Shown: positions 24,429 to 38,300, counted from the stretch's first letter. The stretch: DNA of 64,000 nucleotides from Macrostomum lignano (GCA_002269645.1 NIVC01000540.1:251478-315477), one strand, 5' to 3'. Numbers and translations: made by a program. The notes: generated by a model from the sequence alone, not told the origin.

Positions 24429-25896
24429 CAGGGATCGGCAGACTTTTACTTCAAAAGCCAGATAAAGAATCCAGCTTATGTGCGGGCCAGATGAGAGAGG
24501 AAAGGAGAAGGAATCGACTATTAGAAGAGAGGAGAGGCGAGAGGGGGATAAGAGAAAACATGGAAGATAAGAGGAGAGACAAGTGGTGAGGAGAGAGCAG
24601 AGAAGAAGTGAGGAAGAAGCGAGAGGAGGGGAGAAAGGAGGGAGAGGAGGTGTAGAGAGGAAGAGTAAAGGTGAGAAGAGGGGAGAGATGAGACAGAGGA
24701 TCGATGAGAGGAGAGTAAAGAAGAGTGAGAAGAGAGTAGAGATGAGAGAGCAGAAAGAAGATGACAGAGGGTCAAGAGGAGAGGAGAGAGTAGAAAGGAT
24801 AGAGAAGAGAGGAGATAAGAGGGGGAGAGAGGAGTGAGAAGAGAAGAGATAGAGATAAGAGAGGGGTGTAAGAAGAGGGGAGAAAGGAGAGATGAGATTG
24901 TAGAGATGAGACAAATGAAAGGAGAGATGAGAGAGTAAAGATGAGAGATGAAAAAGGTGAGAGGAGAGTGCAGAGAGACGAGAGAAGATAATAGAGGAGA
25001 GAGAGTATAGAAGAGGGAAGAGAAAATAAGAGAGGAGTAAGGAAAGAGAGGAGTCAGAAGAGGTGAAAGAGAAGAGTACAGAGGAGATAAGTGAGAGAAC
25101 GTATTAGAGAGTAAAGATGACAGATGAGAAGGCAGAGTGAGGGTGAACAGACGAGAGATGGGAGAGTAGAGAGAACAGAGGAGAGATAAGAGAGAAGAGA
25201 TTACAGAAACTAGAGGAGAGAGGAGAGACAGGGAGAGAAAAGAGGAAATAGGAGAATGAAGAGGGGAGAGAGTAGAGAGGAGAGGAGAGATGGGAGAGAG
25301 GAGAGGAGAGAGAGAGAGAGAGAGCGCAAAGCAGAGAGAAACGAGAAGAGATAAGAGAGAAAAGATAAAAGAAGAGAAAGGAGAGATAAAAACGCAGAGA
25401 AGAGAGGTGAGGGAAGAGACGAGTGACGAGGGGAGAGAGAAGAGATAAAACAAGAAAAGAGATAAGAGTTAAGAGAAGAGAAGAAAGAATAGAGAGGAGA
25501 AGGAAGAGACGAGAGAAGAGGGAGAGAGAGGAGAAGAGAGAAAACGAAAAAGTAGAGAGGAGAGAGGAGAGAGGAGAGGAGAGAGAAAAGAAAAGGGAAG
25601 AGATGAGATAAGAGATATGAAAGAGAAGAGAGATGAGGGAAGATACGAAAGAAGATAGGAGAAGAGAGGAGAGAGAAAACGAAAGAGTAGAGAGGAGACA
25701 GGAGAGAGGAGAGAATAGAGAAGAGACAAGAGATAAGAGAGATGAAAGAGAAGAGAGATGAGGGAAGATATGAGAGAAGAGAGAGGAGAGACGAGGGACG
25801 AGAGAGAAGAGAGGAAACAGAAGAGACGATAGAAATTTTAAAGGATCCAAGGGACATAGGGAGAGTCAGGGAGAGGCCAGAGTTTGCCAATACATG
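24429..25896 (+). mobile_element. hAT (Charlie-like) MITE with an expanded ~1.3 kb GA-rich interior
   Basis: 5' CAGGGATCGGCAGAC and 3' GAGTTTGCCAATACATG; both ends align with the copy at 55534-55871; purine tract 24490-25830. Confidence 0.7.
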
Positions 25897-28502
25897 TTTT
25901 AGAGTCAGACAGACATTGCCTGACATTCTGTGAAGTAACCCAGCCAACAATATCAATGTTTGCTTCAAATCCTAATTTTACACGAATGTGCTCCATTTTA
26001 TGTCTACCTCTATCCTACTAACTATTAACAAGTTTTTGTTTGTGTATGACCTTAGATTTCAGAATACATGCAAAAGTAGTTCCGGGGATTGGAATTCCCC
26101 GGGTTCAAAATCCACGGGTTTCAACAGCTTGTACATTTATATATAATAGCCTACTAATAATAAAAACAATGATATTTCACAACTAAGTCAACTCTGTCAC
26201 AATCTCTTAACTTATATTATAGTATTGACTTCAATGAGAGCCTTGTGACTTGCAAATATATATATATATAAAGTAGAAATCTCTTTTGTGCTAGTAGATA
26301 ACTGCTATGCAATTAAGTAGAATAATATAAATATAGTATATGTATATAAATGGCTACCCAATGGTTGATTATATTTTGCAAAAATGTCCCAGGGCTCTTA
26401 ATTATTCTTTTGTTTAGCTTTACTCGCTGCCACCAAAGTTGTTGCAGGCCTATTAACTCTGTCTTAATGTACTTTTTGCATAAATGTACTACTAATATTG
26501 GTAGCATCTACTTATCTACTTATATTGGTAGCGTCTACTTATCGAATTATATTGGTAGCGTCTACTTATCTAATGGTAGCGGTTGTACATGTACTATACC
26601 TTTTGCCTGAGCGGTCTATTGGCACTGTCTACTCTTATATCTCTCAGTCCTAGGCGTTCCCTGGATTAGAGGGTCACAGCTTTATATTTTCCCTGTCCTG
26701 AGGTGATTTTCTCTCACTCTGAGGCGGTTCTCCTGCCCTGAGGCAAATTTACTATTACTGCCCTGAGGTGATTTCTCGCTTTTAGCGGTCTGGAACTTTC
26801 CCAATGTAGGGGTTTTTACTATAGAAATGAATAAGTCACGTTGAACAATTTTCTTATCAAGCTATTGCTAGAGCACACAAACGAACAAGTAAGTTGAACA
26901 AGTTGGTCTTCCTGGCCCGCTCGGAGCCTCTATTTGTAGTAAGATTCAGCGTAAATTTTATCAAAATTAATTGCAAGAATATTTTCACAACTCACAACAT
27001 TTAAACAAAGTTTTTTTAGCGCGAATTTAAAATTGACTTTTCTAAGAAATATAGTAAACAGAAACAAGTAATTATAAGTGCCCTTCCTCAAAAATAAAGT
27101 AGATAAAAAATTGTTATTAAACTACTTAAAAAAATTTAAAATATTAAAAGTTAGTGGCTTATTTTAGCTTTTATGCCATGAGTCCAACTTTTATAAGTGC
27201 TTCCTGCTGTAAACAGTGCATGCATTTGTTTGCATACCCTTGGCCATAAAAATACATACCACATACATACCACATACCACATATCACTCAGAAGAAAGCT
27301 ATAAGTAGAGCTGAAGAAAAAGAAGAAGAAAAGAGAAAAGAAGAAAAAACAAAGAAAAAGGAAAATAAAAATAAGGCATAGAAATTGGTTAAGTAAGAGT
27401 ATATATAAAAATATCAATAACCAAGTTTTTGGGCAAAAATGATCATGTAGTGTTAAATAGACAAAATGCATTATAAAAGTATTGAAGAAATTAAGAAACA
27501 AGTTTTGTAGCTTTCTTATTAACTAACCAATTTTCAAAAATAATGTGTATTTATAGTTAGGCATATAAGTATTTATTAAATATAATAGAAAAATGCAAAA
27601 ATATAACTTGAAAAAAACACTCATTGGAGTCCCTATCTATAACACTCAAGTTTCTTTATTTAGTCATTATTCTGTAGTTTAGATTTATAGTTTTGAGTTA
27701 TAATGAATAAAATATTCATATACTGATATACCAACCAACAATTGTTACCAACAGACAGTACCAATAAACCATTTTAGTTACATGGTTGAACAAAATATTA
27801 ATAAATAAATAATACTAAAAATTACATAGATATAAATGCTATAAGTATTGCTCTATTATTTTCAATTTATTGTTTTACATTTTTCTAGATTTCACAATAC
27901 CAACATTGTATTTTAACTATAATTCACAGTTATGTATTTTGTAATGGATGTTAGTATTTTGCATAAAAGTGATTTCAAATTGTATTATTTAAAAGTAATT
28001 TAATATTGCAACTTTTGTAAAAGGCATGTATATAGTACAAAAAATAGTCTAAGATGCCTATAATATACAGTGTATTATTATTAGGTTTTTTTCTTTTCCA
28101 ACAACAATATGAAGTATGTCATATGTATATATATCCTAATAGAGTAATTCTATGTTTCATAGACAGTGCATATCATTAATTTCATTTTTCATGTTTTTGT
28201 CCTTGTTTGGTTGATCAGTTTTGCAACATACCTGTCTTGGCTGCCTTGTCATCTTGCAAATTAAAATATACAAAAGAAAATAAAAGTTTTGATAAATCAA
28301 AAGTTGATAAATAAGTCTGAAGTTTAACAAATGAAGACCAATCAAGGCTTCTTTGGTTTCTATAAGGTAGGCCTAGTGCATATGGGTAGTATGAATAAGA
28401 AACAAGATTATTTTATCATGAACTATATTTTCATTTCAATACCTTAAAAATTGTTTATTGCGAGTTACCACCTTCACTACTCAGACTAAACTGAATTCGT
28501 AG

Positions 28503-29067
28503 GTGCTGGCGAAGATGCTGTCACCTTCTGCGACATCGGCGGCCTCTCCTGCCTCGCCTGGTTCGACTTGGCCAGCCAATGGTCAGCGCGCCCAACTTGT
28601 TGCGCAATCAGAAATACTCCGCTTTGAGCTTCATACCGCAGGTGCTGTACGAGCAGTTCAGCGTGTTTCTCAACTTCTGCTTTCTAGTCATGGCCCTATC
28701 GCAGTTTGTGACCGCCCTGAAGATTGGCTATCTGTACACCTACTGGGGCCCGCTCAGCTTTGTTATCTGCGTCACCGCACTGCGCGAAGCTGTTGACGAT
28801 CTGCGCAGATGGCGCCGCGACCGGGAGCTCAACTCGGCTCTGTACGAGGTTGCCGCCGACGCCTCGGCCGAGTCTGCTGTCCGCCTGCTGCCCAGCCGCC
28901 TGCTGCAAGTTGGCCACGTTGTCCGGCTGGCCAAAGGCGACCGGGTGCCAGCAGATCTGGTGCTGCTGCGCGCCCCGGACAGGCGAGGCGCCTGCTACCT
29001 GCGCACAGATCAGCTGGACGGTGAAACTGACTGGAAACTGCGAGTTGCGCCTGCCGCAACTCAGCTG
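28503..29067 (+). CDS. ATP9: P4-ATPase ATP9/Neo1 ortholog, first identified exon (start codon exon not found)
   Basis: NQKYS..F.P.VLYEQF, KIGYLYTYWGPL, LDGETDWKLR; acceptor CGTAG, donor GTGAGA. Confidence 0.9.
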
Positions 29068-29117
29068 GTGAGAATCAAAACTGAATTTCAAATCAGAGTA
29101 AATGGGATATCGTGAAG

Positions 29118-30310
29118 CATCCCAGTCTCCCATTGAAATGAGTAGCAGCATCCCATTGAAGGATTAGGGGAGTAGCAGCATCCCATTGAAAGATTAGGGG
29201 AGTAGCAGCATCCCATTGAAGGATTGTGGGAGTAGCAACATCCCATTGAAAGATTAGGGGAGTAGCAGCATCCCATTGAAGGATTGTGGGAGTAGCAGCA
29301 TCCCATTGAAAGATTAGGGGAGTAGCAGCATCCCATTGAAGGATTAGGGGAGTAGCAGCATCCCATTGAAGGATTGTGGGAGTAGCAGCATCCCATTGAA
29401 AGATTAGGGGAGTAGCAGCATCCCATTGAAGGATTGTGGGAGTAGCAACATCCCATTGAAGGATTAGGGGAGTAGCAGAATCCCATTGAAGGATTAGGGG
29501 AGTAGCAGCATCCCATTGAAGGATTGTGGGAGTAGCAGCATCCCATTGAAGGATTAGGGGAGTAGCAGCATCCCATTGAAGGATTAGGGGAGTAGCAGCA
29601 TCCCATTGAAGGATTAGGGGAGTAGCAGCATCCCATTGAAGGATTAGGGGAGTAGCAGCATCCCATTAAAGGATTAGGGGAGTAGCAGCATCCCATTGAA
29701 GGATTAGGGGAGTAGCAGCATCCCATTGAAGGATTAGGGGAGTAGCAGCATCCCATTGAAGGATTAGGGGAGTAGCAGCATCCCATTGAAAGATTAGGGG
29801 AGTAGCAGCATCCCATTGAAGGATTGTGGGCGTAGCAGCATCCCATTAAAATGAGTAGCAGCATCCCATTGAAATGAGTAGCAGCATCCCATTGAAGGAT
29901 TAGGGGAGTAGCAGCATCCCATTGAAGGATTGTGGGAGTAGCAGCATCCCATTGAAAGATTAGGGGAGTAGCAGCATCCCATTGAAGGATTGTGGGAGTA
30001 GCAGCATCCCATTGAAAGATTAGGGGAGTAGCAGCATCCCATTGAAATGAGTAGCAGCATCCCATTGAAATGAGTAGCAGCATCCCATTGAAATGAGTAG
30101 CAGCATCCCATTGAAGGATTAGGGGAGTAGCAGCATCCCATTGAAAGATTAGGGGAGTAGCAGCATCCCATTGAAGGATTAGGGGAGTAGCAGCATCCCA
30201 TTGAAGGATTAGGGGAGTAGCAGCATCCCATTGAAGGATTAGAGGAGTAGCAGCATCCCATTGAAGGATTAGGGGAGTAGCAGACCCATTGAAGAATTAG
30301 GAAAGTAGTA
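29118..30310. repeat. 30-bp minisatellite in ATP9 intron
   Basis: GAGTAGCAGCATCCCATTGAAGGATTAGGG tandem units. Confidence 0.97.
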
Positions 30311-30375
30311 GCATCCTAATTTAACTACTGAAGCATTATTAATGCGTACTGTACTGTCATCAAATTAATCCGTAG

Positions 30376-30782
30376 GCCTGGGAAGACTCTGATCTAAATG
30401 CTTCGCAAGGCTCCACCGTGTGGGCGGAACGGCCCAGCATGGACTTATCAACATTTGTCGGCACCCTGACTACCTCAACTGGTGCCCAGGTACCGCTGGG
30501 CATTGAAAACACCCTCTGGGCTGGCACCGTGCTGGCCTCTGCCGGTCCAGTCCTAGGCGTTGTTGTTTACACTGGCCGAGAGACCCGGGCCGCTATGAAC
30601 AGCGCTAAGCCGCGTAGTAAACTATCCCTAATCGATTCCGAAGTTAATTTGGCTACTAAAGTACTTGTAGTATCCGTATTGCTAGTCTCGCTGCTGCTAG
30701 TTGGACTAAAAGGCTTCGGTGGTCAATGGTACAAGTACTTTTGGCGCTTTCTACTGCTGTTCTCCTATATCATTCCGTTGGC
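30376..30782 (+). CDS. ATP9: ATP9 exon (A-domain, TM3-TM4)
   Basis: IENTLWAGTV, YTGRETR, RFLLLFSYIIPLA; AG/GT boundaries, phase consistent. Confidence 0.92.
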
Positions 30783-30879
30783 GTGAGTAGCTCTTGTGTT
30801 CCAATTATTGTCTGACTGAGAAAGATAACTGTGATTTTGTGACAGCAGGAGAGGCTCTAGACGTGAAGTGTGTGAGATT

Positions 30880-33440
30880 TCAGACACAGGTGAGATAGAG
30901 TTCAGAAACGGGTGAAATGTACTTTAGACACGAGTTATTAGGTGAAATAGACTTCAGGCATGGCCTGGGAGAGATAGGCTTCAGGCATGAATCAGATAGA
31001 CTTCAGGCATGGCCTGGGAGAGAGACTTCAGGCATGGCCTGGGAGAGAGACTTCAGGCATGGATCAGATAAAATACAGGCATGGCCTGGGAGAGATAGAC
31101 TTCAGGCCTGGGAGAGATAGACTTCAGGCATGGCCTGGGAGATATAGGCTTCAGGCATGGATGAGATTGACTTTACGCATGGCCTAGGAGATATAGGCTT
31201 CAGGCATGGATGAGATAGACTTCAGGCATGGCCTGGGAGAGATAGGCTTCAGGCATGGATGAGATAGACTTCAGGCATGGCCTGGGAGAGATAGACTTCA
31301 GGCATGGATGAGATAGACTACGCATGGCCTAGGAGATATAGGCTTCAGGCATGGATGAGATAGACTTCAGGCATGGCCTGGGAGAGATAGGCTTCAGGCA
31401 TGGATGAGATAGACTTTACGCATGGCCTAGGAGAAATAGGCTTCAGGCATGGATGAGATAGACTTCAGGCATGGCCTGGGAGAGATAGGCTTCAGGCATG
31501 GATGAGATAGACTTCAGGCATGGCCTGGGAGAGATAGGCTTCAGGCATGGATGAGATAGACTTCAGGCATGGCCTGGGAGAGATAGGCTTCAGGCATGGA
31601 TGAGATAGACTACGCATGGCCTAGGAGATATAGGCTTCAGGCATGGATGAGATAGACTTCAGGCATGGCCTGGGAGAGATAGGCTTCAGGCATGGATGAG
31701 ATAGACTTTACGCATGGCCTAGGAGAAATAGGCTTCAGGCATGGATGAGATAGACTTCAGGCATGGCCTGGGAGAGATAGGCTTCAGGCATGGATGAGAT
31801 AGACTTCAGGCATGGCCTGGGAGAGATAGGCTTCAGGCATGGATGAGATAGACTTCAGGCATGGCCTGGGAGAGATAGGCTTCAGGCATGGATGAGATAG
31901 ACTACGCATGGCCTAGGAGATATAGGCTTCAGGCATGGATGAGATAGACTTCAGGCATGGCCTGGGAGATATAGGCTTCAGGCATGGATGAGATAGGCTT
32001 CAGGCATGGATGAGATAGACTTCAGGCATGGCCTAGGTAGGAGATATAGGCTTCAGGCATGGATGAGATAGACTTCAGGCATGGCCTGGGAGATATAGGC
32101 TTCAGACATGGATGAGATAGGCTTCAGGCATGGATGAGATAGACTTCAGGCATGGCCTGGGAGAGATAGACTTCAGGCATGGATGAGATAGACTACGCAT
32201 GGCTTAGGAGATATAGGCTTCAGGCATGGATGAGATAGACTTCAGGCATGGCCTGGGAGAGATAGGCTTCAGGCATGGATGAGATAGACTTTACGCATGG
32301 CCTAGGAGAAATAGGCTTCAGGCATGGATGAGATAGACTTCAGGCATGGCCTGGGAGAGATAGGCTTCAGGCATGGATGAGATAGACTTCAGGCATGGCC
32401 TGGGAGAGATAGGCTTCAGGCATGGATGAGATAGACTTCAGGCATGGCCTGGGAGATATAGGCTTCAGGCATGGATGAGATAGGCTTCAGGCATGGATGA
32501 GATAGACTTTACGCATGGCCTAGGTAGGAGATATAGGCTTCAGGCATGGATGAGATAGACTTCAGGCATGGCCTGGGAGATATAGGCTTCAGGCATGGAT
32601 GAGATAGGCTTCAGGCATGGATGAGATAGACTTCAGGCATGGCCTGGGAGAGATAGACTTCAGGCATGGATGAGATAGACTACGCATGGCCTAGGAGATA
32701 TAGGCTTCAGGCATGGATGAGATAGACTTCAGGCATGGCCTGGGAGAGATAGGCTTCAGGCATGGATGAGATAGGCTTCAGGCATGGATGAGATAGACTT
32801 TACGCATGGCCTAGGAGATATAGGCTTCAGGCATGGATGAGATAGACTTCAGGCATGGCCTGGGAGAGATAGGCTTCAGGCATGGATGAGATAGACTTCA
32901 GGCATGGCCTGGGAGATATAGGCTTCAGGCATGGATGAGATAGACTTCAGGCATGGCCTGGGAGATATAGGCTTCAGGCATGGATGAGATAGGCTTCAGG
33001 CATGGATGAGATAGACTTCAGGCATGGCCTGGGAGAGATAGGCTTCAGGCATGGATGAGATAGACTTCAGGCATGGCCTGGGAGAGATAGACTTCAGGCA
33101 TGGATGAGATAGACTTCAGGCATGGCCTGGGAGAGATAGACTTCAGGCATGGATGAGATAGACTACGCCTAGGAGATATAGGCTTCAGGTATGGATGAGA
33201 TAGACTTCAGGCATGGATGAGATAGACTTTACGCATGGCCTAGGAGATATAGGCTTCAGGTATGAGTGAGGTAGACTTCAGAGATAAGTGAGATAGACTT
33301 CAGAGATAAGTGAGGTAGACTTAAGGCATGAGTGAAATAGGCTTTAGGCATAAGTAAGATAAACTTCAAGCAAGCATGAGTGAGATAAACTTCAGGCATG
33401 GGTAAGGAAGACTTCGGACATGGGGAGATAGACTTCAGTC
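30880..33440. repeat. 22/27-bp (49-bp higher-order) minisatellite in ATP9 intron
   Basis: GATGAGATAGACTTCAGGCATG alternating with GCCTGGGAGAGATAGGCTTCAGGCATG. Confidence 0.97.
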
Positions 33441-33594
33441 ATAAGTAAGGTAGACTTATTAGTCGCGGAATCAAACACTTAAGACAGTAGGAAAAGAATT
33501 TAGACGCATTTTGGTTTAATGATGGCGTACTGATGCACTTTATTTCACAAATTCGCGCACATAAATTAACAAGCTTGGCACAAACTAATTGCAG

Positions 33595-33760
33595 GCTTCG
33601 CATGAATCTAGACATGGCCAAGATTATCTACGCGTTTATGATTGTGCGGGACAAGTGCTTAGACGGCTGCGTTGTGCGCAACACCACCGTGCCCGAGGAG
33701 CTGGGCCGGATTAGCTATCTACTGTCGGATAAAACTGGCACCCTCACTGAGAATAATATG
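33595..33760 (+). CDS. ATP9: ATP9 exon with the phosphorylation site
   Basis: LRMNLDMAK...[20 protein letters not shown]. Confidence 0.95.
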
Positions 33761-34262
33761 GTGAGTTATTTCTTTGTGAGCGTCATCACAAATACTAGAT
33801 GTGACGTGCATATATTTCACTCACAATTAATCAAGGTTGTAAAATACGGTGCGCCTACTCCTAGTAGTCTCATTTAGAATGTCTCTTTAATTTATTGTGG
33901 CAGCTGAAAAGGGACTGTCAACGTAAGCTTTCATAAAGTTGAGCTCGAGTAACCTATGTATTACAAATGATTTAAAAGGTTACGATGTTATAAGGACTCA
34001 ATTTTGTTAATGTATGACATCACATTCGTGAGAATCCCCCGCTAACTTTGCTAAAAAGGACATAAAGGCAATCGTAAAAGTGCAATTGGGCAACTAGTGT
34101 GTGTCAAACAGTTTCGTTGGGCAATTAGCAATAAAAAGATTATTTGTGCCAAATGTGCCAAAAAAGGAAGACAAAAATTTTTTTATCTATGCTAAAGAGC
34201 ATATATTTGTGACACAACTGGCACAATTACTGTTTTTGAAAGGACTATTATTTTCGGTCGGG

Positions 34263-36835
34263 TGAATTACCTGAGCTAGTAGTAGATCTACAACTACAAT
34301 AATTGAATTACCTGAGCTAGTAGTAGATCTACAACTACAATAATTGAATTACCTGAGCTAGTAGTAGATCTACAACTACAATAATTGAATTACCTGAGCT
34401 AGTAGTAGATCTACAACTACAATAATTGAATTACCTGAGCTAGTAGTAGATCTACAACTACAATAATTGAATTACCTGAGCTAGTAGTAGATCTACAACT
34501 ACAATAATTGAATTACCTGAGCTAGTAGTAGATCTACAACTACATAAGTTGAATTACCTGAGCTAGTAGTAGATCTACAACTACAATAATTGAATTACCT
34601 GAGCTAGTAGTAGATCTACAACTACAATAATTGAATTACCTGAGCTAGTAGTAGATCTACAACTACAATAATTGAATTACCTGAGCTAGTAGTAGATCTA
34701 CAACTACAATAATTGAATTACCTGAGCTAGTAGTAGATCTACAACTACAATAATTGAATTACCTGAGCTAGTAGTAGATCTACAACTACAATAATTGAAT
34801 TACCTGAGCTAGTAGTAGATCTACAACTACAATAATTGAATTACCTGAGCTAGTAGTAGATCTACAACTACAATAGTTGAATTACCTGAGCTAGTAGTAG
34901 ATCTACAACTACAATAATTGAATTACCTGAGCTAGTAGTAGATCTACAACTACAATAGTTGAATTACCTGAGCTAGTAGTAGATCTACAACTACAATAAT
35001 TGAATTACCTGAGCTAGTAGTAGATCTACAACTACAATAATTGAATTACCTGAGCTAGTAGTAGATCTACAACTACAATAATTGAATTACCTGAGCTAGT
35101 AGTAGATCTACAACTACAATAATTGAATTACCTTAGCTAGTAGTAGATCTACAACTACAATAATTGAATTACCTGAGCTAGTAGTAGATCTACAACTACA
35201 ATAATTGAATTACCTGAGCTAGTAGTAGATCTACAACTACAATAATTGAATTACCTGAGCTAGTAGTAGATCTACAACTACAATAGTTGAATTACCTGAG
35301 CTAGTAGTAGATCTACAACTACAATAATTGAATTACCTGAGCTAGTAGTAGATCTACAACTACAATAATTGAATTACCTGAGCTAGTAGTAGATCTACAA
35401 CTACAATAATTGAATTACCTGAGCTAGTAGTAGATCTACAACTACAATAATTGAATTACCTGAGCTAGTAGTAGATCTACAACTACAATAATTGAATTAC
35501 CTGAGCTAGTAATTGAACAATAATTAAGTACAATAATTGAATTACCTGAGCTAGTAGTAGATCTACAACTACAATAATTGAATTACCTGAGCTAGTAGTA
35601 GATCTACAACTACAATAATTGAACTACCTGAGCTAGTAGTAGATCTACAACTACAATAGTTGAACTACCTGAGCTAGTAGTAGATCTACAACTACAATAA
35701 TTGAATTACCTGAGCTAGTAGTATATCTACAACTACAATAATTGAATTACCTAAGCTAGTAACTACCTGAGCTAGTAATAGGTCTACTTAAATAACCTGA
35801 GCTAGTAAGAGCTACTTAAATGACCTGAGCTAGTAGTAGATCTACAACTACAATAATTGAACTACCTGAGCTAGTAGTAGATCTACAACTACAATAATTG
35901 AATTACCTGAGCTAGTAGTAGATCTACAACTACAATAATTGAATTACCTGAGCTAGTAATTGAACAATAATTAAGTACAATAATTGAATTACCTGAGCTA
36001 GTAGTAGATCTACAACTACAATAATTGAATTACCTGAGCTAGTAGTAGATCTACAACTACAATAATTGAATTACCTGAGCTAGTAGTAGATCTACAACTA
36101 CAATAATTGAACTACCTGAGCTAGTAGTAGATCTACAACTACAATAGTTGAACTACCTGAGCTAGTAGTAGATCTACAACTACAATAATTGAATTACCTG
36201 AGCTAGTAGTAGATCTACAACTACAATAATTGAATTACGTAAGCTAGTAACTACCTGAGCTAGTAATAGGTCTACTTAAATAACCTGAGCTAGTAAGAGC
36301 TACTTAAATGACCTGAGCTAGTAGTAGATCTACAACTACAATAATTGAACTACCTGAGCTAGTAGTAGATCTACAACTACAATAATTGAATTAACTGAGC
36401 TAGTAGTAGATCTACAACTACAATAATTGAATTACCTAAGCTAGTAACTACCTGAGCTAGTAATAGGTCTACTTAAATAACCTGAGCTAGTAAGAGCTAC
36501 TTAAATGACCTGAGCTAGTAGTAGATCTACAACTACAATAATTGAATTAACTGAGCTAGTAGTAGATCTACAACTACAATAATTGAATTACCTAAGCTAG
36601 TAACTACCTGAGCTAGTAATAGGTCTACTTAAATAACCTGAGCTAGTAAGAGCTACTTAAATGACCTGAGCTAGTAGTAGATCTACAACTACAATAATTG
36701 AATTACCTGAGCTAGTAACTACCTGAGCTAGTAATAGGTCTACTTAAATGACCTGAGCTAGTAGTAGGTCTACTTAAATAACCTGAGCTAGTAAGAGCGA
36801 CTTAAATGACCTGAGCTAGTAGTAGGTCTACTTAA
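34263..36835. repeat. 41-bp minisatellite in ATP9 intron
   Basis: AATTGAATTACCTGAGCTAGTAGTAGATCTACAACTACAAT near-identical units, giving way to shorter derived units at the 3' end. Confidence 0.98.
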
Positions 36836-36946
36836 ATATCTCGAACCTGAATATTTACTTACAATTCATAGACGAAAAATACGAAATCTGATAATTCGAC
36901 TTTTAATGCCATATTTTGATTTATTTAATTCCAATTCCAACGCCAG

Positions 36947-37369
36947 GTGTTTAAAAAGCTGCACCTCGGCAGCCTTGTGATCACTGACGATGCGGATTCT
37001 CTAGCCGAAGTGCGCTGTCACGTGACCGCCTGGCTAAAAGCTCGAATTGGCTCCGATGAAGACAGCGACAGCGAGCGGCAGACGCAGCGAGACGGCGGCG
37101 GCGGTGGGGTGACCCGTGAAGGCGCCGACGCTGGCAGCCGGGCAGCTGAGGCGGTGCGCGCCCTGGCCCTGTGTCACAACGTCACCCCGGTGCCTGGAGA
37201 GGCCGGCGGACCGGCCGACTATCAGGCCAGCAGCCCGGACGAGGTGGCTCTGGTCGGCTGGGCTGCCTGCGCCGGCCTAGCCTTGGCCGAGCGCGACCAG
37301 GATCGGATGGTGCTGCTGGCTGGGCCTGCTGATGCCGCTGGCGTGCGGTTGGAATATCGCTTGCTGCAG
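36947..37369 (+). CDS. ATP9: ATP9 exon (N-domain)
   Basis: VFKKLHLG, ALALCHNVTPV, YQASSPDEVALV. Confidence 0.92.
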
Positions 37370-37416
37370 GTATTGCTGGCGTTCGGCTATCTACGGTGCT
37401 TTTACTATTAGTAACA

Positions 37417-37695
37417 TTGGGCCATATGTGCAACCGACAGCTCAGCCGCAGCTATTGCGCGGCGCATCTGAAGGCTGCGTACGGCTTTTCAATCCAAGGA
37501 CTGGGTGGGGGGGCGCCACACACACCCTCAATTACCCCAGCTAATGCTGGCACCCATTTTACAGCTGGATGAACTGAAGCAATGCAGAGTTAATTGTCTT
37601 GCTCAAGGACACAAATTGTTCCGAGTGGGGTCGGGAATCGAACCCCGACCTCTCAGTCGGGAGTCTGTCGCTCTAACCCACTAGGCTACAACCCC
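37417..37695 (-). mobile_element. tRNA-derived CORE-like SINE, copy 1
   Basis: Minus strand: A box TAGCCTAGTGG, B box GGTTCGATTCC, then GTGTCCTTGAGCAAGAC...CAGCTGTAAAATGGG resembling the CORE domain. Confidence 0.8.
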
Positions 37696-37854
37696 TTTTA
37701 AGAATCACAATACTCGTAATCATAAAATTACAGAAAATATGAAAACACTGGTTGCCAACCTAGCATTAGGGGTCCAAATTCAGTTATGATTATGTAGTAA
37801 ATGTACTTTCAACCTACACCAGAACGCACGCCCCGGCCTATCTGTCCCCATCAG

Positions 37855-38300
37855 GTGTTCCCATTCAGCTCCGAGTCCAAGCGCATGGGAGTGCTGGTCC
37901 GCGACGAGCAATCAGGCGAGATTGCCTACTACACTAAAGGCGCCGATTCCGTGCTGGCCCCCCTAGTGCAGCCATTGGACTGGATAGACGAAGAAGTAGC
38001 CAATTTGTCCAGGGAGGGCCTGCGCACTCTGCTAGTTGCTAGGCGATGCCTGACGCCGGAATTCTATCGCGATTGGAGCGCTCGCTACGAACAGGCCGGC
38101 CTAGCTGTGCGCGATCGGGAACAGCGGCTTGAACAGGTTCGACAGCAGCTGGATTCCGGCCTGGAATTGCTGTGCGTCACCGGAGTAGAGGATCGGCTGG
38201 CTGACGGCGTGCGCCGCTGCTTGGAGACTCTGCGCGATGCCGGCGTTCGAGTCTGGATGCTGACTGGCGATCGGCTGGAGACCGCCTGCTGTATTGCCAG
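37855..38300 (+). CDS. ATP9: ATP9 exon (N/P domain)
   Basis: FPFSSESKRMG, YTKGADSV, REGLRTL, TGVEDRL, VWMLTGD. Confidence 0.95.

Noticed and set aside
24267-25968. Long Leu/Ser-rich and Arg/Glu-rich ORFs (215-310 aa)
   Set aside because: They are translations of the GA/CT low-complexity tract inside a MITE; they are open in many frames and contain no domain.
29088-30261. Cys-rich repeat ORFs (SPNPSMGCCY)n resembling metallothionein or keratin-associated proteins
   Set aside because: They are antisense readings of a 30-bp intronic minisatellite; a unit length divisible by 3 keeps frames open by chance.
34263-36835. Regular 41-bp repeats as a possible CRISPR array
   Set aside because: The units are head-to-tail with no unique spacers, lie in a eukaryotic intron, and no cas genes are present.
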